Assembly: GCA_964057225.1 (NCBI GenBank)
Contig: OZ059895.1
Coordinates: 4,774,001-4,838,000, forward strand
Length of the DNA stretch: 64,000 nucleotides
Reading direction: 5' to 3'
Source of the DNA: Auanema rhodensis
Lineage: Eukaryota; Animalia; Nematoda
Position numbers and translations under genes: made by a program. Below are positions 27,801-41,300 of this stretch, in pieces. The notes below the pieces were generated by a model, which saw only the letters and a list, made by a program, of their open reading frames with translations, ran no database searches and was not told the origin of the DNA. The first letter of the stretch is position 1, and every line of letters starts with the position of its first letter.

Positions 27801-30800
27801 TTTGAAAAATGATGCATTAGTGTATGTTGAGTTTCCATGTACACTCAACATTGCTTCCAAAAACATTTTGACAAAAATTTTTTCGAAAAATTTCAAAATA
27901 ATTTAGCAAAAAGTGGATGTTTTTAGGTTCTTTTTTTTAAGGCAAAGACGATGGACAATGTTATTCAACGAAAAAATTAATTCTTCAGGGTGAAAATCGA
28001 GGATATAAGTGTGAACTTTTATCAGTTGATATCTCGGTGAATTTTTAAGCTAGCGCAAATCTGATAACACAGATCGACGCAGCTTAAAAATCCGCATCGA
28101 ATGCACTATACTACATTGAGAAACGCTTAATACAAAAATTAGTTATGATCGTTTGAAAAATGATGCATTAGTGTATGTTGAGTTTCCATGTACACTCAAC
28201 ATTGCTTCCAAAAACATTTTGACAAAAATTTTTTCGAAAAATTTCAAAATAATTTAGCAAAAAGTAGATGTTTTTAGATTCCTTTTTTCAAGGCAAAGAC
28301 GATGGACAATGTTATTCAACGAAAAAATTAATTCTTCAGGGTGAAAATCGAGGATATAAGTGTGAACTTATATCAGTTGATATCTCGGTGCATTTTTAAG
28401 CTAGCGCAAATCTGATAACACAGATCGACGCAGCTTAAAAATCCGCATCGAATGCACTATACTTCATTGAGAAACGCTTAATACAAAAATTAGTTATGAT
28501 CGTTTGAAAAATGATGCATTAGTGTATGTTGAGTTTCCATGTACACTCAACATTGCTTCCAAAAACATTTTGACAAAAATTTTTTCGAAAAATTTCAAAA
28601 TAATTTAGCAAAAAGTAGATGTTTTTAGATTCCTTTTTTCAAGGCAAAGACGATGGACAATGTTATTCAACGAAAAAATTAATTCTTCAGGGTGAAAATC
28701 GAGGATATAAGTGTGAACTTATATCAGTTGATATCTCGGTGCATTTTCATTCAAGCTAGCGCAAATCTGATAACACAGATCGACGCAGCTTAAAAATCCG
28801 CATCGAATGCACTATACTTCATTGAGAAACGCTTAATACAAAAATTAGTTATGATCGTTTGAAAAATGATGCATTAGTGTATGTTGAGTTTCCATGTACA
28901 CTCAACATTGCTTCCAAAAACATTTTGACAAAAATTTTTTCGAAAAATTTCAAAATAATTTAGCAAAAAGTAGATGTTTTTAGATTCCTTTTTTCAAGGC
29001 AAAGACGTTGGACAATGTTATTCAACGAAAAAATTAATTCTTCAGGGTGAAAATCGAGGATATAAGTGTGAACTTATATCAGTTGATATCTCGGTGCATT
29101 TTTAAGCTAGCGCAAATCTGATAACACAGATCGACGCAGCTTAAAAATCCGCATCGAATGCACTATACTTCATTGAGAAACGCTTAATACAAAAATTAGT
29201 TATGATCGTTTGAAAAATGATGCATTAGTGTATGTTGAGTTTCCATGTACACTCAACATTGCTTCGAAAAACATTTTGACAAAAATTTTTTCGAAAAATT
29301 TCAAAATAATTTAGCAAAAAGTAGATGTTTTTAGATTCCTTTTTCTAAGGCAAAGATGATGGACAATGTTATTCAACGAAAAAATCAATTCTTCAGGGTG
29401 AAAATCGAGGATATAAGTGTGAACTTATATCAGTTGATATCTCGGTGCATTTTCAAGCTAGCTCAAATCTGATAACACAGATCGACGCAGCTTAAAAATC
29501 CGCATCGAATGCACTATACTTCATTGAGAAACGCTTAATACAAAAATTAGTTATGATCGTTTGAAAAATGATGCATTAGTGTATGTTGAGTTTCCATGTA
29601 CACTCAACATTGCTTCCAAAAACATTTTGACAAAAATTTTTTCGAAAAATTTCAAAATAATTTAGCAAAAAGTAGATGTTTTTAGATTCCTTTTTTCAAG
29701 ACAAAGACGATGGACAATGTTATTCAACGAAAAAATTAATTCTTCAGGGTGAAAATCGAGGATATAAGTGTGAACTTATATCAGTTGATATCTCGGTGCA
29801 TTTTTAAGCTAGCGCAAATCTGATAACACAGATCGACGCAGCTTAAAAATCCGCATCAAATGCACTATACTTCATTGAGAAACGCTTAATACAAAAATTA
29901 GTTATGATCGTTTGAAAAATGATGCATTAGTGTATGTTGAGTTTCCATGTACACTCAACATTGCTTTCAAAAACATTTTGACAAAAATTTTTTCGAAAAA
30001 TTTCAGAATAATTTAGCAAAAAGTAGATGTTTTTAGATTCCTTTTTTCAAGGCAAAGACGATGGACACTGTTATTCAACGAAAAAATTAATTCTTCAGGG
30101 TGAAAATCGAGGATATAAGTGTGAACTTATATCAGTTGATATCTCGGTGCATTTTTAAGCTAGCGCAAATCTGATAACACAGATCGACGCAGCTTAAAAA
30201 TCCGCATCGAATGCACTATACTTCATTGAGAAACGCTTAATACAAAAATTAGTTATGATCGTTTGAAAAATGATGCATTAGTGTATGTTGAGTTTCCATG
30301 TACACTCAACATTGCTTCCAAAAACATTTTGACAAAAATTTTTTCGAAAAATTTCAAAATAATTTAGCAAAAAGTAGATGTTTTTAGATTCCTTTTTTCA
30401 AGACAAAGACGATTGACAATGTTATTCAACGAAAAAATTAATTCTTCAGGGTGAAAATCGAGGATATAAGTGTGAACTTATATCAGTTGATATCTCGGTG
30501 CATTTTTAAGCTAGCGCAAATCTGATAACACAGATCGACGCAGCTTAAAAATCCGCATCAAATGCACTATACTTCATTGAGAAACGCTTAATACAAAAAT
30601 TAGTTATGATCGTTTGAAAAATGATGCATTAGTGTATGTTGAGTTTCCATGTACACTCAACATTGCTTTCAAAAACATTTTGACAAAAATTTTTTCGAAA
30701 AATTTCAAAATAATTTAGCAAAAAGTAGATGTTTTTAGATTCCTTTTTTCAAGGCAAAGACGATGGACACTGTTATTCAACGAAAAAATTAATTCTTCAG

Positions 30801-32316
30801 GGTGAAAATCGAGGATATAAGTGTGAACTTATATCAGTTGATATCTCGGTGCATTTTTAAGCTAGCGCAAATCTGATAACACAGATCGACGCAGCTTAAA
30901 AATCCGCATCGAATGCACTATACTTCATTGAGAAACGCTTAATACAAAAATTAGTTATGATCGTTTGAAAAATGATGCATTAGTGTATGTTGAGTTTCCA
31001 TGTACACTCAACATTGCTTCCAAAAACATTTTGACAAAAATTTTTTCGAAAAATTTCAAAATAATTTAGCAAAAAGTAGATGTTTTTAGATTCCTTTTTT
31101 TAAGGCAAAAATGATGGACAATGTTATTAAACGAAAAAATTAATTCTTCAGGGTGAAAATCGAGGATATAAGTGTGAACTTATATCAGTTGATATCTCGG
31201 TGCATTTTTAAGCTAGCGCAAATCTGATAACACAGATCGACGCAGCTTAAAAATCCGCATCGAATGCACTATACTTCATTGAGAAACGCTTAATACAAAA
31301 ATTAGTTATGATCGTTTGAAAAATGATGCATTAGTGTATGTTGAGTTTCCATGTACACTCAACATTGCTTCCAAAAACATTTTGACAAAAATTTTTTCGA
31401 AAAATTTCAAAATAATTTAGCAAAAAGTGGATGTTTTTAGATTCTTTTTTTTAAGGCAAAGACGATGGACAATGTTATTCAACGAAAAAATTAATTCTTC
31501 AGGGTGAAAATCGAGGATATAAGTGTGAACTTTTATCAGTTGATATCTCGGTGAATTTTTAAGCTAGCGCAAATCTGATAACACAGATCGACGCAGCTTA
31601 AAAATCCGCATCGAATGCACTATACTACATTGAGAAACGCTTAATACAAAAATTAGTTATGATCGTTTGAAAAATGATGCATTAGTGTATGTTGAGTTTC
31701 CATGTACACTCAACATTGCTTCCAAAAACATTTTGACAAAAATTTTTTCGAAAAATTTCAAAATAATTTAGCAAAAAGTAGATGTTTTTAGATTCCTTTT
31801 TTCAAGGCAAAGACGATGGACAATGTTATTCAACGAAAAAATTAATTCTTCAGGGTGAAAATCGAGGATATAAGTGTGAACTTATATCAGTTGATATCTC
31901 GGTGCATTTTTAAGCTAGCGCAAATCTGATAACACAGATCGACGCAGCTTAAAAATCCGCATCGAATGCACTATACTTCATTGAGAAACGCTTAATACAA
32001 AAATTAGTTATGATCGTTTGAAAAATGATGCATTAGTGTATGTTGAGTTTCCATGTACACTCAACATTGCTTCCAAAAACATTTTGACAAAAATTTTTTC
32101 GAAAAATTTCAAAATAATTTAGCAAAAAGTAGATGTTTTTAGATTCCTTTTTTCAAGGCAAAGACGATGGACAATGTTATTCAACGAAAAAATTAATTCT
32201 TCAGGGTGAAAATCGAGGATATAAGTGTGAACTTATATCAGTTGATATCTCGGTGCATTTTCATTCAAGCTAGCGCAAATCTGATAACACAGATCGACGC
32301 AGCTTAAAAATCCGCA
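15803..32316 (+). repeat. Higher-order repeat domain built from a recurring ordered series of about 6-8 monomer variants
   Basis: Recurring order: GACGTTGG, ATCAATT, consensus, ATCAAATG+CTTTCA+GACACTG, TTATTAAAC, AACTTTTATC+GTGAATT, TACATT, TTCA-duplication. Observed offsets are 2105, 2456, 3514, 5277 and 7733 bp. Confidence 0.85.
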
Positions 32317-35300
32317 TCGAATGCACTATACTTCATTGAGAAACGCTTAATACAAAAATTAGTTATGATCGTTTGAAAAATGATGCATTAGTGTATGTTG
32401 AGTTTCCATGTACACTCAACATTGCTTCCAAAAACATTTTGACAAAAATTTTTTCGAAAAATTTCAAAATAATTTAGCAAAAAGTAGATGTTTTTAGATT
32501 CCTTTTTTCAAGGCAAAGACGATGGACAATGTTATTCAACGAAAAAATTAATTCTTCAGGGTGAAAATCGAAGATATAAGTGTGAACTTATATCAGTTGA
32601 TATCTCGGTGCATTTTTAAGCTAGCGCAAATCTGATAACACAGATCGACGCAGCTTAAAAATCCGCATCGAATGCACTATACTACATTGAGAAACGCTTA
32701 ATACAAAAATTAGTTATGATCGTTTGAAAAATGATGCATTAGTGTATGTTGAGTTTCCATGTACACTCAACATTGCTTCCAAAAACATTTTGACAAAAAT
32801 TTTTTCGAAAAATTTCAAAATAATTTAGCAAAAAGTAGATGTTGTTAGATTCCTTTTTTCAAGGCAAAGACGATGGACAATGTTATTCAACGAAAAAATT
32901 AATTCTTCAGGGTGAAAATCGAGGATATAAGTGTGAACTTATATCAGTTGATATCTCGGTGCATTTTTAAGCTAGCGCAAATCTGATAACACAGATCGAT
33001 GCAGCTTAAAAATCCGCATCGAATGCACTATACTACATTGAGAAACGCTTGATACAAAAATTAGTTATGATCGTTTGAAAAATGATGCATTAGTGTATGT
33101 TGAGTTTCCATGTACACTCAACATTGCTTCCAAAAACATTTTGACAAAAATTTTTTCGAAAAATTTCAAAATAATTTAGCAAAAAGTAGATGTTTTTAGA
33201 TTACTTTTTTCAAGGCAAAGACGATGGACAATGTTATTCAACGAAAAAATTAATTCTTCAGGGTGAAAATCGAGGATATAAGTGTGAACTTATATCAGTT
33301 GATATCTCGGTGCATTTTTAAGCTAGCGCAAATCTGATAACACAGATCGACGCAGCTTAAAAATCCGCATCAAATGCACTATACTTCATTGAGAAACGCT
33401 TAATACAAAAATTAGTTATGATCGTTTGAAAAATGATGCATTAGTGTATGTTGAGTTTCCATGTACACTCAACATTGCTTCGAAAAACATTTTGACAAAA
33501 ATTTTTTCGAAAAATTTCAAAATAATTTAGCAAAAAGTAGATGTTTTTCGATTCCTTTTTTAAGGCAAAGATGATGGACAATGTTATTCAACGAAAAAAT
33601 CAATTCTTCAGGGTGAAAATCGAGGATATAAGTGTGAACTTATATCAGTTGATATTTCGGTGCATTTTCAAGCTAGCGCAAATCTGATAACACAGATCGA
33701 CGCAGCTTAAAAATCCGCATCGAATGCACTATACTTCATTGAGAAACGCTTAATACAAAAATTAGTTATGATCGTTTGAAAAATGATGCATTAGTGTATG
33801 TTGAGTTTCCATGTACACTCAACATTGCTTCCAAAAACATTTTGACAAAAATTTTTTCGAAAAATTTCAAAATAATTTAGCAAAAAGTAGATGTTTTTAG
33901 ATTCCTTTTTTCAAGGCAAAGACGATGGACAATGTTATTCAACGAAAAAATTAATTCTTCAGGGTGAAAATCGAGGATATAAGTGTGAACTTATATCAGT
34001 TGATATCTCGGTGCATTTTTAAGCTAGCGCAAATCTGATAACACAGATCGACGCAGCTTAAAAATCCGCATCAAATGCACTGTACTTCATTGAGAAACGC
34101 TTAATACAAAAATTAGTTATGATCGTTTGAAAAATGATGCATTAGTGTATGTTGAGTTTCCATGTACACTCAACATTGCTTTCAAAAACATTTTGACAAA
34201 AATTTTTTCGAAAAATTTCAAAATAATTTAGCAAAAAGTAGATGTTTTTAGATTCCTTTTTTCAAGGCAAAGACGATGGACAATGTTATTCAACGAAAAA
34301 ATTAATTCTTCAGGGTGAAAATCGAGGATATAAGTGTGAACTTATATCAGTTGATATCTCGGTGCATTTTTAAGCTAGCGCAAATCTGATAACACAGATC
34401 GACGCAGCTTAAAAATCCGCATCGAATGCACTATACTTCATTGAGAAACGCTTAATACAAAAATTAGTTATGATCGTTTGAAAAATGATGCATTAGTGTA
34501 TGTTGAGTTTCCATGTACACTCAACATTGCTTCGAAAAACATTTTGACAAAAATTTTTTCGAAAAATTTCAAAATAATTTAGCAAAAAGTAGATGTTTTT
34601 CGATTCCTTTTTTAAGGCAAAGATGATGGACAATGTTATTCAACGAAAAAATTAATTCTTCAGGGTGAAAATCGAGGATATAAGTGTGAACTTATATCAG
34701 TTGATATCTCGGTGCATTTTTAAGCTAGCGCAAATCTGATAACACAGATCGACGCAGCTTAAAAATCCGCATCGAATGCACTATACTTCATTGAGAAACG
34801 CTTAATACAAAAATTAGTTATGATCGTTTGAAAAATGATGCATTAGTGTATGTTGAGTTTCCATGTACACTCAACATTGCTTCGAAAAACATTTTGACAA
34901 AAATTTTTTCGAAAAATTTCAAAATAATTTAGCAAAAAGTAGATGTTTTTAGATTCCTTTTTCTAAGGCAAAGATGATGGACAATGTTATTCAACGAAAA
35001 AATCAATTCTTCAGGGTGAAAATCGAGGATATAAGTGTGAACTTATATCAGTTGATATCTCGGTGCATTTTCAAGCTAGCGCAAATCTGATAACACAGAT
35101 CGACGCAGCTTAAAAATCCGCATCGAATGCACTATACTTCATTGAGAAACGCTTAATACAAAAATTAGTTATGATCGTTTGAAAAATGATGCATTAGTGT
35201 ATGTTGAGTTTCCATGTACACTCAACATTGCTTCCAAAAACATTTTGACAAAAATTTTTTCGAAAAATTTCAAAATAATTTAGCAAAAAGTAGATGTTTT

Positions 35301-38300
35301 TAGATTCCTTTTTTCAAGGCAAAGACGATGGACAATGTTATTCAACGAAAAAATTAATTCTTCAGGGTGAAAATCGAGGATATAAGTGTGAACTTATATC
35401 AGTTGATATCTCGGTGCATTTTTAAGCTAGCGCAAATCTGATAACACAGATCGACGCAGCTTAAAAATCCGCATCGAATGCACTATACTTCATTGAGAAA
35501 CGCTTAATACAAAAATTAGTTATGATCGGTTGAAAAATGATGCATTAGTGTATGTTGAGTTTCCATGTACACTCAACATTGCTTCCAAAAACATTTTGAC
35601 AAAAATTTTTTCGAAAAATTTCAAAATAATTTAGCAAAAAGTAGATGTTTTTAGATTCCTTTTTTCAAGGCAAAGACGATGGACAATGTTATTCAACGAA
35701 AAAATTAATTCTTCAGGGTGAAAATCGAGGATATAAGTGTGAACTTATATCAGTTGATATCTCGGTGCATTTTTAAGCTAGCGCAAATCTGATAACACAG
35801 ATCGACGCAGCTTAAAAATCCGCATCGAATGCACTATACTTCATTGAGAAACGCTTAATACAAAAATTAGTTATGATCGTTTGAAAAATGATGCATTAGT
35901 GTATGTTGAGTTTCCATGTACACTCAACATTGCTTCCAAAAACATTTTGACAAAAATTTTTTCGAAAAATTTCAAAATAATTTAGCAAAAAGTAGATGTT
36001 TTTAGATTCCTTTTTCTAAGGCAAAGATGATGGACAATGTTATTCAACGAAAAAATCAATTCTTCAGGGTGAAAATCGAGGATATAAGTGTGAACTTATA
36101 TCAGTTGATATCTCGGTGCATTTTCAAGCTAGCGCAAATCTGATAACACAGATCGACGCAGCTTAAAAATCCGCATCGAATGCACTATACTTCATTGAGA
36201 AACGCTTAATACAAAAATTAGTTATGATCGTTTGAAAAATGATGCATTAGTGTATGTTGAGTTTCCATGTACACTCAACATTGCTTCCAAAAACATTTTG
36301 ACAAAAATTTTTTCGAAAAATTTCAAAATAATTTAGCAAAAAGTAGATGTTTTTAGATTCCTTTTTTCAAGGCAAAGACGATGGACAATGTTATTCAACG
36401 AAAAAATTAATTCTTCAGGGTGAAAATCGAGGATATAAGTGTGAACTTATATCAGTTGATATCTCGGTGCATTTTTAAGCTAGCGCAAATCTGATAACAC
36501 AGATCGACGCAGCTTAAAAATCCGCATCAAATGCACTATACTTCATTGAGAAACGCTTAATACAAAAATTAGTTATGATCGTTTGAAAAATGATGCATTA
36601 GTGTATGTTGAGTTTCCATGTACACTCAACATTGCTTTCAAAAACATTTTGACAAAAATTTTTTCGAAAAATTTCAAAATAATTTAGCAAAAAGTAGATG
36701 TTTTTAGATTCCTTTTTTCAAGGCAAAGACGATGGACAATGTTATTCAACGAAAAAATTAATTCTTCAGGGTGAAAATCGAGGATATAAGTGTGAACTTA
36801 TATCAGTTGATATCTCGGTGCATTTTTAAGCTAGCGCAAATCTGATAACACAGATCGACGCAGCTTAAAAATCCGCATCGAATGCACTATACTTCATTGA
36901 GAAACGCTTAATACAAAAATTAGTTATGATCGTTTGAAAAATGATGCATTAGTGTATGTTGAGTTTCCATGTACACTCAACATTGCTTCCAAAAACATTT
37001 TGACAAAAATTTTTTCGAAAAATTTCAAAATAATTTAGCAAAAAGTAGATGTTTTTAGATTCCTTTTTTCAAGGCAAAGACGATGGACAATGTTATTCAA
37101 CGAAAAAATTAATTCTTCAGGGTGAAAATCGAGGATATAAGTGTGAACTTATATCAGTTGATATCTCGGTGCATTTTTAAGCTAGCGCAAATCTGATAAC
37201 ACAGATCGACGCAGCTTAAAAATCCGCATCGAATGCACTATACTACATTGAGAAACGCTTAATACAAAAATTAGTTATGATCGTTTGAAAAATGATGCAT
37301 TAGTGTATGTTGAGTTTCCATGTACACTCAACATTGCTTCGAAAAACATTTTGACAAAAATTTTTTCGAAAAATTTCAAAATAATTTAGCAAAAAGTAGA
37401 TGTTTTTAGATTCCTTTTTCTAAGGCAAAGATGATGGACAATGTTATTCAACGAAAAAATCAATTCTTCAGGGTGAAAATCGAGGATATAAGTGTGAACT
37501 TATATCAGTTGATATCTCGGTGCATTTTCAAGCTAGCGCAAATCTGATAACACAGATCGACGCAGCTTAAAAATCCGCATCGAATGCACTATACTTCATT
37601 GAGAAACGCTTAATACAAAAATTAGTTATGATCGTTTGAAAAATGATGCATTAGTGTATGTTGAGTTTCCATGTACACTCAACATTGCTTCCAAAAACAT
37701 TTTGACAAAAATTTTTTCGAAAAATTTCAAAATAATTTAGCAAAAAGTAGATGTTTTTAGATTCCTTTTTTCAAGGCAAAGACGATGGACAATGTTATTC
37801 AACGAAAAAATTAATTCTTCAGGGTGAAAATCGAGGATATAAGTGTGAACTTATATCAGTTGATATCTCGGTGCATTTTTAAGCTAGCGCAAATCTGATA
37901 ACACAGATCGACGCAGCTTAAAAATCCGCATCAAATGCACTATACTTCATTGAGAAACGCTTAATACAAAAATTAGTTATGATCGTTTGAAAAATGATGC
38001 ATTAGTGTATGTTGAGTTTCCATGTACACTCAACATTGCTTTCAAAAACATTTTGACAAAAATTTTTTCGAAAAATTTCAAAATAATTTAGCAAAAAGTA
38101 GATGTTTTTAGATTCCTTTTTTCAAGGCAAAGACGATGGACAATGTTATTCAACGAAAAAATTAATTCTTCAGGGTGAAAATCGAGGATATAAGTGTGAA
38201 CTTATATCAGTTGATATCTCGGTGCATTTTTAAGCTAGCGCAAATCTGATAACACAGATCGACGCAGCTTAAAAATCCGCATCGAATGCACTATACTTCA

Positions 38301-41300
38301 TTGAGAAACGCTTAATACAAAAATTAGTTATGATCGTTTGAAAAATGATGCATTAGTGTATGTTGAGTTTCCATGTACACTCAACATTGCTTCCAAAAAC
38401 ATTTTGACAAAAATTTTTTCGAAAAATTTCAAAATAATTTAGCAAAAAGTAGATGTTTTTAGATTCCTTTTTTTAAGGCAAAAATGATGGACAATGTTAT
38501 TCAACGAAAAAATTAATTCTTCAGGGTGAAAATCGAGGATATAAGTGTGAACTTATATCAGTTGATATCTCGGTGCATTTTTAAGCTAGCGCAAATCTGA
38601 TAACACAGATCGACGCAGCTTAAAAATCCGCATCAAATGCACTATACTTCATTGAGAAACGCTTAATACAAAAATTAGTTATGATCGTTTGAAAAATGAT
38701 GCATTAGTGTATGTTGAGTTTCCATGTACACTCAACATTGCTTTCAAAAACATTTTGACAAAAATTTTTTCGAAAAATTTCAAAATAATTTAGCAAAAAG
38801 TAGATGTTTTTAGATTCCTTTTTTCAAGGCAAAGACGATGGACAATGTTATTCAACGAAAAAATTAATTCTTCAGGGTGAAAATCGAGGATATAAGTGTG
38901 AACTTATATCAGTTGATATCTCGGTGCATTTTTAAGCTAGCGCAAATCTGATAACACAGATCGACGCAGCTTAAAAATCCGCATCGAATGCACTATACTT
39001 CATTGAGAAACGCTTAATACAAAAATTAGTTATGATCGTTTGAAAAATGATGCATTAGTGTATGTTGAGTTTCCATGTACACTCAACATTGCTTCCAAAA
39101 ACATTTTGACAAAAATTTTTTCGAAAAATTTCAAAATAATTTAGCAAAAAGTAGATGTTTTTAGATTCCTTTTTTTAAGGCAAAAATGATGGACAATGTT
39201 ATTAAACGAAAAAATTAATTCTTCAGGGTGAAAATCGAGGATATAAGTGTGAACTTATATCAGTTGATATCTCGGTGCATTTTTAAGCTAGCGCAAATCT
39301 GATAACACAGATCGACGCAGCTTAAAAATCCGCATCGAATGCACTATACTTCATTGAGAAACGCTTAATACAAAAATTAGTTATGATCGTTTGAAAAATG
39401 ATGCATTAGTGTATGTTGAGTTTCCATGTACACTCAACATTGCTTCCAAAAACATTTTGACAAAAATTTTTTCGAAAAATTTCAAAATAATTTAGCAAAA
39501 AGTAGATGTTTTTAGATTCCTTTTTTCAAGGCAAAGACGATGGACAATGTTATTCAACGAAAAAAATAATTCTTCAGGGTGAAAATCGAGGATATAAGTG
39601 TGAACTTATATCAGTTGATATCTCGGTGCATTTTTAAGCTAGCGCAAATCTGATAACACAGATCGACGCAGCTTAAAAATCCGCATCGAATGCACTATAC
39701 TACATTGAGAAACGCTTAATACAAAAATTAGTTATGATCGTTTGAAAAATGATGCATTAGTGTATGTTGAGTTTCCATGTACACTCAACATTGCTTCGAA
39801 AAACATTTTGACAAAAATTTTTTCGAAAAATTTCAAAATAATTTAGCAAAAAGTAGATGTTTTTAGATTCCTTTTTCTAAGGCAAAGATGATGGACAATG
39901 TTATTCAACGAAAAAATCAATTCTTCAGGGTGAAAATCGAGGATATAAGTGTGAACTTATATCAGTTGATATCTCGGTGCATTTTCAAGCTAGCGCAAAT
40001 CTGATAACACAGATCGACGCAGCTTAAAAATCCGCATCGAATGCACTATACTTCATTGAGAAACGCTTAATACAAAAATTAGTTATGATCGTTTGAAAAA
40101 TGATGCATTAGTGTATGTTGAGTTTCCATGTACACTCAACATTGCTTCGAAAAACATTTTGACAAAAATTTTTTCGAAAAATTTCAAAATAATTTAGCAA
40201 AAAGTAGATGTTTTTCGATTCCTTTTTTAAGGCAAAGATGATGGACAATGTTATTCAACGAAAAAATCAATTCTTCAGGGTGAAAATCGAGGATATAAGT
40301 GTGAACTTATATCAGTTGATATCTCGGTGCATTTTTAAGCTAGCGCAAATCTGATAACACAGATCGACGCAGCTTAAAAATCCGCATCGAATGCACTATA
40401 CTTCATTGAAAAACGCTTAATACAAAAATTAGTTATGATCGTTCGAAAAATGATGCATTAGTGTATGTTGAGTTTCCATGTACACTCAACATTGCTTCCA
40501 AAAACATTTTGACAAAAATTTTTTCGAAAAATTTCAAAATAATTTAGCAAAAAGTAGATGTTTTTAGATTCCTTTTTTCAAGGCAAAGACGATGGACAAT
40601 GTTATTCAACGAAAAAATTAATTCTTCAGGGTGAAAATCGAGGATATAAGTGTGAACTTATATCAGTTGATATCTCGGTGCATTTTTAAGCTAGCGCAAA
40701 TCTGATAACACAGATCGACGCAGCTTAAAAATCCGCATCGAATGCACTATACTTCATTGAGAAACGCTTAATACAAAAATTAGTTATGATCGTTTGAAAA
40801 ATGATGCATTAGTGTATGTTGAGTTTCCATGTACACTCAACATTGCTTCCAAAAACATTTTGACAAAAATTTTTTCGAAAAATTTCAAAATAATTTAGCA
40901 AAAAGTAGATGTTTTTAGATTCCTTTTTTAAGGCAAAGACGATGGACAATGTTATTCAACGAAAAAATTAATTCTTCAGGGTGAAAATCGAGGATATAAG
41001 TGTGAACTTATATCAGTTGATATCTCGGTGCATTTTCATTCAAGCTAGCGCAAATCTGATAACACAGATCGACGCAGCTTAAAAATCCGCATCGAATGCA
41101 CTATACTTCATTGAGAAACGCTTAATACAAAAATTAGTTATGATCGTTTGAAAAATGATGCATTAGTGTATGTTGAGTTTCCATGTACACTCAACATTGC
41201 TTCCAAAAACATTTTGACAAAAATTTTTTCGAAAAATTTCAAAATAATTTAGCAAAAAGTAAATGTTTTTAGATTCCTTTTTTCAAGGCAAAGACGATGG

